From assembly GCA_048938005.1 (NCBI GenBank), contig JBHLMQ010000025.1, forward strand, positions 1-42,849: a stretch of DNA of 42,849 nt, in the 5' to 3' direction. The notes under the pieces are model-generated. The model was not told where the DNA came from. It did no database searches and was given only the letters and a program-made list of their open reading frames with translations. Positions within the stretch are counted from its first letter, which is position 1. Each line of letters begins with the position of its first letter. Positions 17,591-25,302 of this stretch are shown piece by piece. The stretch comes from Promethearchaeota archaeon. Its GTDB lineage: Archaea > Asgardarchaeota > Lokiarchaeia > Sigyniarchaeales > SOKP01. The position numbers were made by a program, and so were the translations under genes.

Positions 17591-18115
17591 TTAAAGTGTA
17601 GCTCCACCTATTATTCCTAAAACTCCACCACCTAAGGATAAAAAAGTGCCAATCCATATTCCCCAAGAAAGTAGTACGTCGGGGGGACCTACTATTAAAA
17701 AACTTCCCCAAAACACGGATGCACCTGGAGGACCACCCAATGACATAATCAAAGCAGCAAAACCACTTGCACTAATAGCAAGATCGATTATTAATATCAA
17801 TGGACTTACAAGTATCAAAATTCCTCCTACTATTCCTGCAGCTTTCATTTCTTTAACAGCACCAATTATACAGGCAACAACTCCAACTATTAACGCTATA
17901 CCACCTATTAATTGAAGATAATCAAAACCAGTTGGTCCTCCTGCTGGAACTGAAGCAAGAGTACCTAAACCAGTAAAATAAACCCCACCGGTTATTCCCA
18001 ACACAGTTCCTTCGATCCTATACCAACCAAAATATTGGGGTACAATGAAACTAAGGAGAAGCGTGACTACAGCAATAATAGCGCCAACTAAAGTAATACT
18101 TTTTCCAGCTCCCAT
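17591..18115 (-). CDS. Four-TM membrane protein (MGAGK family), claudin/PMP22-like architecture
   Basis: Four hydrophobic helices, a beta-rich loop after TM1, and C-terminal WGIWIGTFLSLGGGVLGIIGG. Paralog of 18521..19015. Confidence 0.8.
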   Translation of the reverse strand: MGAGKSITLVGAIIAVVTLLLSFIVPQYFGWYRIEGTVLGITGGVYFTGLGTLASVPAGGPTGFDYLQLIGGIALIVGVVACIIGAVKEMKAAGIVGGILILVSPLILIIDLAISASGFAALIMSLGGPPGASVFWGSFLIVGPPDVLLSWGIWIGTFLSLGGGVLGIIGGATL

Positions 18116-18520
18116 ATTTATAACCTTTTTTTTGTTTTAATTAATTTTTATAAAAATTTATTCTATACTTTTTTAATTTAATAATGGATATCAATTTCTA
18201 CAAAATTTATTTTAATTTAATTATTAATAAAGATTTCTATATTTTCTTGACAAACTTTTTAAGACTCTTAGCATTGAATATTGAAAATTAATTTATTCCC
18301 GGAATTCAAATAATCCAAAATTTCGTTTGAATCAAAAACGAATAACTGAAATCAAAAGGGATTTATTAGTGCTAATATATTGTTGGAGTTCATAATTATC
18401 TTATAATAATATATATTTCATATAATACAGTTTTGATAAAATAGATTAATATTATATATAGAAGGTGATCTATTTAATATTAAAAACTTAAATTAAAAAC
18501 AAAATTAAAAGTGTAAAATT

Positions 18521-19015
18521 ATGGGTGCTGGAAAAATTTTATGTATCATTGGAGGAATTATAACACTCCTGGCTTGCTACTTATTTTCATTCGGAGATTT
18601 TCCCTCTTTTACTATATATTTCTATGGTATTGCGTTATTTATGAATCTTCAAGCGATATTCACCTCGGGTATTGTTTTAGCTATCGTATTTGCTATATTA
18701 GGTATCATCTTTATGATTTCAGGTCTTTTTATTATATTAGGAGTAAAGAGTCGAGCAATTGCGATTATTGGTTCTCTCTTCTCACTTGTCTATGGAGTAA
18801 TGTTCATGTTAATTTTATTTTTGGTCGTACCTCAAGCTGCTGATTTGATTTCTGTTTTTTCAGGATTAGCTCCTGGATTAGTTGCTGGATTTATACCTGT
18901 TCATGTAACTCTTGGAGGATCACTTGCTTTCGGCGTTGGACTTGGAACATATTTTTTGATTGCTGGTGGAGTTTTAGGTCTTGTAGGTGGAATTATGGGC
19001 CCTGATAACTTCTAA
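18521..19015 (+). CDS. Four-TM membrane protein (MGAGK family), divergently transcribed paralog
   Basis: Same MGAGK start and C-terminal FGVGLGTYFLIAGGVLGLVGG. Followed by a T9 run at 19037-19045. Confidence 0.8.
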   Translation: MGAGKILCIIGGIITLLACYLFSFGDFPSFTIYFYGIALFMNLQAIFTSGIVLAIVFAILGIIFMISGLFIILGVKSRAIAIIGSLFSLVYGVMFMLILFLVVPQAADLISVFSGLAPGLVAGFIPVHVTLGGSLAFGVGLGTYFLIAGGVLGLVGGIMGPDNF

Positions 19016-19054
19016 ATCAATAAATTAATATATAACTTTTTTTTTATTTTTAAT

Positions 19055-19726
19055 CTAAATTTTTAAATTAGTCAATTTCTCAAGATCTGAAGGTTCATTT
19101 ATATTAATAAACGAATTTAAGTTTTTATCCAGGGGTTGAATCAGACTTTCTATAGATATATAATTAATCTTCCAATTTTCATCTAATAAATTTGTTAACT
19201 TATAAATATTTTTTTTTACATTTTTTTCAGCTTTAATAAGTGCTTTTTTAACAGGATATATTGTAAAAAGTGGTTCTAAGAAACCATTATTCCATTTTGG
19301 AATACAACAATCATATTCAAAAGAATTTTTTATTAAAAACTCTATAACATCTAATTTAATTAAAGGTAAATCACACGAGAGAATAAATGACTTCTCATAA
19401 CCCAAATTATTAAGCTCTTTAAATGCAGAATATAACCCGATTAGGGGTGTGTGAATAGTTAAATCAGATATTATGTTATTATCATCAATAATAAATGCCA
19501 TAATGTTTCTTAGGATAATTTTTTCAAGATAATTATTGACTTGTGCTTTAGATTTAGCAACTAAGAAAATGTCATATTTCTTTTTACCTAAAGTTTCAAG
19601 TTGATAAGAAATCAATGGTTTTCCATGATATTCAAAGATTCCTTTATCGCTTCCAAAACGAGTACTTTTTCCACCTATTAATATAGCAATAGCAAGATAT
19701 TTATATTTATTTCTTATCTTTGACAC
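19055..19726 (-). CDS. mobA: Molybdenum/tungsten cofactor guanylyltransferase
   Basis: ILIGGKSTRFGSDKG, PL.GLY.A, SCDLP, EPL..IY, FININ.P.DL. Confidence 0.92.
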   Translation of the reverse strand: MSKIRNKYKYLAIAILIGGKSTRFGSDKGIFEYHGKPLISYQLETLGKKKYDIFLVAKSKAQVNNYLEKIILRNIMAFIIDDNNIISDLTIHTPLIGLYSAFKELNNLGYEKSFILSCDLPLIKLDVIEFLIKNSFEYDCCIPKWNNGFLEPLFTIYPVKKALIKAEKNVKKNIYKLTNLLDENWKINYISIESLIQPLDKNLNSFININEPSDLEKLTNLKI

Positions 19727-19834
19727 TTTTTTCGTTGAAATTTTTAATATTCTAATAAACTAATAATTAAAAATCATATATGATTTAAATTAATTGAAGA
19801 TAATAAAATTGCTTCTCTCAATCTTAGTAATATT

Positions 19835-21358
19835 ATGCTTCTTAAAAAAAAAGGACAAAAAAAGAGAGAAAAACCTAGAGAACATTGTGCTATTTTTGGA
19901 GTAACTAGCAATGATTTAGGATTTTCAGTTTCAAAACTTCTTTATCAAGGTTTAATTGCTCTACAACATCGAGGACAAGAGTCGACTGGAATCTCTGTGT
20001 TAAAAACTGGAGGGAGAATATATACACATAAAGAAGATGGATTAGTTTCTAAGGTGTTAAATGATAAAGTAATATCACAGTATTGGGGAAATGTTGGGAT
20101 AGGACATAATAGGTATGCAACTACTGGAGCAGTTGGGTATAAATCAACTGACTATATGCAACCATTTCATTTTAAAAACAATGAAATTGAATTTTCCATG
20201 GCTTTTAATGGGACTATAGCTAATTTTGATGAAATTAAAAGAAAAATGGATGAGATGGGGCGTGTATTTATTACTAACACAGATACAGAAGTTATGGCGC
20301 AACTAATTGGATCAATTGGAATGGGATCGGAAGATTGGCCAGAGGTTCTTAGATTAACAAGTAAATTATTGGATGGCTCCTATTCTTTAATTTTAATGAC
20401 TAAAGAAGGAGATATTTATGCCATGAGAGATCCTTTGGGTTTCAAACCTTTATGTATTGGGGAATTAAAATCAGGGCAAAGAAATCTATATTTTGTAGCG
20501 TCTGAGTCATGTGCCATTGATACTGTTGGAGGTAATTTATTAAGAGATGTAAAACCCGGAGAGATTGTACATTTAAGTCACCAAAAAGATATTCATTCTG
20601 AACTGATAATTAAATCAAACAGAACAGCTTTATGTCAGTTTGAATTTGTATATTTCGCCCGCCCAGATTCAATTATTGATGGTATATCTGTTGCAGAAGC
20701 AAGATTAAGGTTAGGGGTAAATTTAGCCAAAAATGATCCCATTTTAAGAGATCCTGAAATAAAAGAAAATGCAGTAGTAGTTCCTGTACCAGATTCTGGT
20801 CGAAGTGTAGCTGTAGGATATGCTAAGGAAGCAAGACTCCCCTACGTAGAAGGATTGATGAAAAACAGATATGTTCACAGGACTTTTATCATGCCTGGTC
20901 AAGCAAAACGCAAAATAGCTGTAAAGGAGAAATTAAATCCCATTAAAAGTGTTATTAATGGGAAAGATGTTATTCTATTAGATGATTCTATTGTTAGAGG
21001 AACTACAACGCAACAAATAGTTTCATTACTAAGAGAAAAAGGAGGGGCTAAACATGTTCATTTACGTATAAGTTGTCCTCCAATAATCAGTCCATGCTAT
21101 ATGGGAATAGATTTTCCTACAAAAGAGGAATTAATTGCTGGAAGATTTCAAAATCTATATGGTGAAAATTATTTAGAAGAGATTAGAAAAAAGTCGGGAG
21201 CAGATACATTATTATATCAAACAATAGACGATCTAACTCATGCAATAGGCAAAGATAAAAACCAATTATGTTTAGCATGTTTAACAGGGGATTATCAATT
21301 AAAATCAGTACAAAAATTAGCGGAATTAGAGCAATCAATAGTTAAAAGTAGGGCTTAA
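19835..21358 (+). CDS. purF: Amidophosphoribosyltransferase
   Basis: Propeptide then EHC (N-terminal nucleophile), LQHRGQES.G, GHNRYAT, PRPP loop LLDDSIVRGTT, Fe-S cysteines (CQFE, PCYMGID, CLAC). Confidence 0.97.
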   Translation: MLLKKKGQKKREKPREHCAIFGVTSNDLGFSVSKLLYQGLIALQHRGQESTGISVLKTGGRIYTHKEDGLVSKVLNDKVISQYWGNVGIGHNRYATTGAVGYKSTDYMQPFHFKNNEIEFSMAFNGTIANFDEIKRKMDEMGRVFITNTDTEVMAQLIGSIGMGSEDWPEVLRLTSKLLDGSYSLILMTKEGDIYAMRDPLGFKPLCIGELKSGQRNLYFVASESCAIDTVGGNLLRDVKPGEIVHLSHQKDIHSELIIKSNRTALCQFEFVYFARPDSIIDGISVAEARLRLGVNLAKNDPILRDPEIKENAVVVPVPDSGRSVAVGYAKEARLPYVEGLMKNRYVHRTFIMPGQAKRKIAVKEKLNPIKSVINGKDVILLDDSIVRGTTTQQIVSLLREKGGAKHVHLRISCPPIISPCYMGIDFPTKEELIAGRFQNLYGENYLEEIRKKSGADTLLYQTIDDLTHAIGKDKNQLCLACLTGDYQLKSVQKLAELEQSIVKSRA

Positions 21359-21612
21359 TTTTATTCCTGAATATCCCATAATATGAACTTAATTTTTGTA
21401 TTGGATGTAAATTAATCACTTTAACAAAGTCTTCAATTTCTGATATTGTAAAGTGGTTAATATTATTTTTTTACGTTTATAATAAAATCCAATAGATTTT
21501 AATATAATATTTTTGCAATCAAATTATAAGATAAAAATTGTTTAAGTTCAACTTAAGTTATTAATTAAGCTAAAATATTAAAGATAAGAAAAGTAAAATA
21601 GGAAGTAATTTA

Positions 21613-21699
21613 ATGGTCCAAGGATATTGTTGCTCACTCTGTAAAAAGAAGCATTTAAAATGGAAGCTCTACAAAAATCATTTATATTATGCTATATGA
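21613..21699 (+). CDS. Candidate 28-aa zinc-finger-like microprotein (or gene remnant)
   Basis: MVQGYCCSLCKKKHLKWKLYKNHLYYAI*, with CxxC-x3-H-x8-H and AGGAAG upstream of the ATG. Confidence 0.4.
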   Translation: MVQGYCCSLCKKKHLKWKLYKNHLYYAI

Positions 21700-21781
21700 T
21701 GCTATATATAATTAATGTGTCGTTTAGGCAAGTTACAGTGCATAATCCACATCCAAATAAAGTTTTCAAGAAGAATCACGA

Positions 21782-24184
21782 TTAATTTTCTTTTCTATAT
21801 CGGAATAATCCTCCAATTAATTGCCCTATACTAATCCCTGCATCTCCAGGAGCGACTAAATTGTGTTCTAAAAACTTGAAACCCTCTAATTTTAAATCAT
21901 TTTTTAAAGTTTTGGCAAATAAATAATTATAAGCAACACCTCCAGTTAAACCAATTTTTTCAATCCCTCTTAATTCAGCTATTTCTTTTGCCACTTCAGA
22001 AAATGCTAGTGCAATTTCTTCTTGAAATTTAGCAGCAATATCGGATGGTCGATTTTTTTTATTTTTAAATAAATCTATAATATCAAGAATAAGATTTGAG
22101 GTATTTATTATACTTTTATTATTTCTTTTGTTGATATCTATTTTAAGTTTAACGTTTTCAGGATTTCCTCTCGACGCTAATCCTTCAAGTCTCATAGCAG
22201 GTTCACCTCTATATGTCTTAATAGTGGATGCTCCTAATATATACGATACAACATCAAAAATTCTACCTGTAGAGCTTGTTAATGGAATATTTTTAGAAGG
22301 GAAATGGTTATTAGCATTCTCGAACTGTGCAATTAAGGTATTTAATTCGGTATTTTTATATTCCAAATCATTTACTAATTGTAAGTCGTGAAATATTTTT
22401 AAAGTTTTTTCAATTCCAAGTGTTCTTAGCAGTATTGATGCTAACATTCGAGCAGGATACTTAGTACAGCGATCCCCTCCCACCATTGGTTGATATTCCA
22501 AATGACCAACTCGGTTATACTCGTAATAACTACTTAGTAAAATCTCCCCACCCCATACATTCCCATCATCACCATAACCAACTCCATCTGTACTTATTCC
22601 GATAATTTTTTCATCAAGCTCCAGTTTATTTTCTGCCATTAATCCTAAGATATGAGCATTGTGATGCTGGATTGTGTATAATGGAACTTTAAGTTGCGTA
22701 GATAATTCTTTGCCAAATTTAGTAGTTATAAATCCAGGATGAGCATCACAAGCTATATATTTTATTTCAGAGTCTTTAATTTGAAGCAGATTTTTTATAT
22801 GAAAAATTGATTTTTTTAAAAAGTCATAAGTTTCGAGATGCGTTACGTGACCTATGTGCTGAGTTGGAAATATTCTATTGTGCCTTAAAACAGCGCCTGT
22901 TACAGCTAATTCAGGTCCCGTAGCAAGAGCGCTTGGTGTATCAACTCTGAAGGGTAACGGTATATATTCTGGAACAAAACCTCGTGAACGTCTTATTAAT
23001 TTCGTCACGCCATCATGAATTCTTAAAACGCTATCATCCACCCTTTGGTAAATTGATCTATTATGAAGAAGAAAAACATCAGCTAAATCATGGAGTTGAT
23101 TAAATATATCATCATTTTCAATTGCCATAGGAATATAAGATTTATTCCCACTAGTATAAATTAAAGGTTTTTCTCCAACATACTCGAACAGTAAATAATG
23201 AATCCCTGAATAGGGAAGCATAATACCGACATTATTTAATCCAGGAGCCACTTGATTACTAATTATTGAATCATCGTTTACATATTTTCTTTCTAATATT
23301 ACGATCGGCTTCCGAAATGATGTTAACAGTTCTTTTTCTTTAGCAGAAATGTTTAGGTTATTTTCAATGATTCTTAAATCAGGTACCATTAAAGCAAACG
23401 GTTTATATTTTCTTTCACCTTTTCTCTTACGAAGTTTCATAATTGTTTCGTCATCAGCTAAGCTAACTAAATGAGTACCTCCTATACCTTTAACTGCGAC
23501 AATTTCTCCTTCATTTATTCTTTTAGATGTTTCTCGTAAAATAAAATCTATTGAATCGCGGCTAATTACTTCCTTATACTTGTTATATAGTGTATAATGT
23601 GGTCCACAAACAGAACAAGCAAATGTTTGAGCATGAAACCTTCGGTTATTAAAATCTGAATATTCTTTAACACAAGATTCAGGTTTGGCTTGGTGGCAAA
23701 AAGGGAATTCATCCATAGTACTTCTTTCCCTATCATAAGGTAATTCAGTTACCGTAGTAAACCGTGGTCCACATACTGCACATGCTATAAAAGGATATTG
23801 GTAATATTTCTTTAAACTATGATTTCTCATATCATTTAAACAATCATTGCAGATTGCAATATCGGGTGGAAGAGTTAGACTAATTCCACGACCTTGTTCA
23901 CTTTTCTTAATCTCGAGATCATCAAATTCCTCCAGTGTATCCACATACTCTACATTAATATTCTCTATAAATGAAATTTTTGGACGTTTTAACTCAATCT
24001 CTTTCAAAAATTCTTTTATCTTTGCAGAATTTCCTTGTAAAACCAGCCTTACACCCGCATTTCCTCTATTTAATATATACCCCTTAAGATTTAAGGAACG
24101 TGCTAAGTTATATAAAAAAGGTCTAAATCCTACTCCTTGAACAATTCCTGTTACGTTGATTTCTGCTGTTTTATAATCTTTCAA
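21782..24184 (-). CDS. hypF: [NiFe]-hydrogenase maturation carbamoyltransferase
   Basis: Acylphosphatase domain (GIVQGVGFRPF), two zinc fingers, YrdC domain (KGIGGTHL, RVDDSV), Kae1 domain (QHH.AH, DG.GYG.DG..WGGE, GDAGISIGQ). TTG start. Confidence 0.97.
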   Translation of the reverse strand: MKDYKTAEINVTGIVQGVGFRPFLYNLARSLNLKGYILNRGNAGVRLVLQGNSAKIKEFLKEIELKRPKISFIENINVEYVDTLEEFDDLEIKKSEQGRGISLTLPPDIAICNDCLNDMRNHSLKKYYQYPFIACAVCGPRFTTVTELPYDRERSTMDEFPFCHQAKPESCVKEYSDFNNRRFHAQTFACSVCGPHYTLYNKYKEVISRDSIDFILRETSKRINEGEIVAVKGIGGTHLVSLADDETIMKLRKRKGERKYKPFALMVPDLRIIENNLNISAKEKELLTSFRKPIVILERKYVNDDSIISNQVAPGLNNVGIMLPYSGIHYLLFEYVGEKPLIYTSGNKSYIPMAIENDDIFNQLHDLADVFLLHNRSIYQRVDDSVLRIHDGVTKLIRRSRGFVPEYIPLPFRVDTPSALATGPELAVTGAVLRHNRIFPTQHIGHVTHLETYDFLKKSIFHIKNLLQIKDSEIKYIACDAHPGFITTKFGKELSTQLKVPLYTIQHHNAHILGLMAENKLELDEKIIGISTDGVGYGDDGNVWGGEILLSSYYEYNRVGHLEYQPMVGGDRCTKYPARMLASILLRTLGIEKTLKIFHDLQLVNDLEYKNTELNTLIAQFENANNHFPSKNIPLTSSTGRIFDVVSYILGASTIKTYRGEPAMRLEGLASRGNPENVKLKIDINKRNNKSIINTSNLILDIIDLFKNKKNRPSDIAAKFQEEIALAFSEVAKEIAELRGIEKIGLTGGVAYNYLFAKTLKNDLKLEGFKFLEHNLVAPGDAGISIGQLIGGLFRYRKEN

Positions 24185-24334
24185 ATAGCACTCTTCAAAA
24201 TTTCAATTTTAATTTAAATTCTAGTTTAATTAATAATTACTAAAAAAAAAAGCTAATATTTTATTATGATAAGTATTATTAGAATAATTTCTTGTTTTAA
24301 AATAAAATAATTATCAGGGTAATGATATACCAAA

Positions 24335-25207
24335 ATGAGCTCTAAAGAAAAAATATGGGATATTCCTTATCATGAAGCTTTTTTCAAGACTAGCCATAAT
24401 TCTTATGAACTCTCTATAAGAGAACAACTAGAAAAGGGAGTCAGGGGTCTTGAATATGACATACACGATGATAAAATACAAGAATTAGAAGATTTTGAAG
24501 TTTATCATTTACCAGACAACATTGATGTGCTCCTCGGGAAAGATGGTAATCCGGAAGATTACTTATTCTCAAATTGGCTTAGAGTGTTAAAGGATTGGTC
24601 AAATGATCAAAATAAAGAGCATGCGCCAATTACTCTTTTTGTCGAGTTAAAAGACAATATTATTGATTCAAATAACGAGCCAGATGAGCTTTATGGAATC
24701 AAGAAATTAAATAAAATAATTACTAATTCATTTGATCCTAAAACTCTTTTTACTTTTAAGAATTTTCGAGAAAATAATTATAAGTGGCCAACAGTTAAAG
24801 AATTAAAAGGTTGTATTTTAATTGTACTCGTTAGTTATTGGGGAGGCTATTGGGCTGCAAGCGAAGGAGGGTTCGAATCAAGATTAAGATATCTGAATAA
24901 TTGTTTAGATGGTAAAGATGATATTTGTTTTGTTTCTTGGGTTCAAGAAGATAAAGGCGACAAATCAAAATATCTTAGAGAAAAAACTCATTTTTGGAAA
25001 TGTAGTCTTGATTATAGCACAAAACATTTTACTCAAAATAATATAGTACAAAGAATAACAAGATCTGATTTTGATAAAATAGTATGGGGCAGGCATGTAA
25101 AGACATATTTTAATAAGAATTATGAAAAAGGATATCGATGTAATTTCCCTGCCACGGACGCATGGGGAACTGAAAAATATGACTCTTGCTTTCCTTGGTC
25201 AATTTAA
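24335..25207 (+). CDS. Phosphoinositide-specific phospholipase C-like phosphodiesterase
   Basis: SHNSY, QL..GVRGLEYDIH, EVYH, HAPITLFVELKD and WPT..ELKG motifs of the PI-PLC TIM barrel. No signal peptide. Confidence 0.85.
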   Translation: MSSKEKIWDIPYHEAFFKTSHNSYELSIREQLEKGVRGLEYDIHDDKIQELEDFEVYHLPDNIDVLLGKDGNPEDYLFSNWLRVLKDWSNDQNKEHAPITLFVELKDNIIDSNNEPDELYGIKKLNKIITNSFDPKTLFTFKNFRENNYKWPTVKELKGCILIVLVSYWGGYWAASEGGFESRLRYLNNCLDGKDDICFVSWVQEDKGDKSKYLREKTHFWKCSLDYSTKHFTQNNIVQRITRSDFDKIVWGRHVKTYFNKNYEKGYRCNFPATDAWGTEKYDSCFPWSI

Positions 25208-25302
25208 GATTTTTCTTCACTATAATGTTTGTAATAAATACTACTATGTCTTCTCATCAATATTACTGAAATGATACTTTTTTAAAAATTTAAATTCAAG
25301 GA

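Noticed and set aside
18098-18115. MGAGKS matches the eukaryotic N-myristoylation consensus
   Set aside because: The paralog has Ile at position 6, the motif runs straight into TM1, and no N-myristoyltransferase is evident.
21697-21711. TGA read-through giving a Sec-Cys tail on the 28-aa ORF
   Set aside because: The TGA-TGC arises from a local 10-bp near-duplication, and no SECIS-like hairpin was seen downstream.
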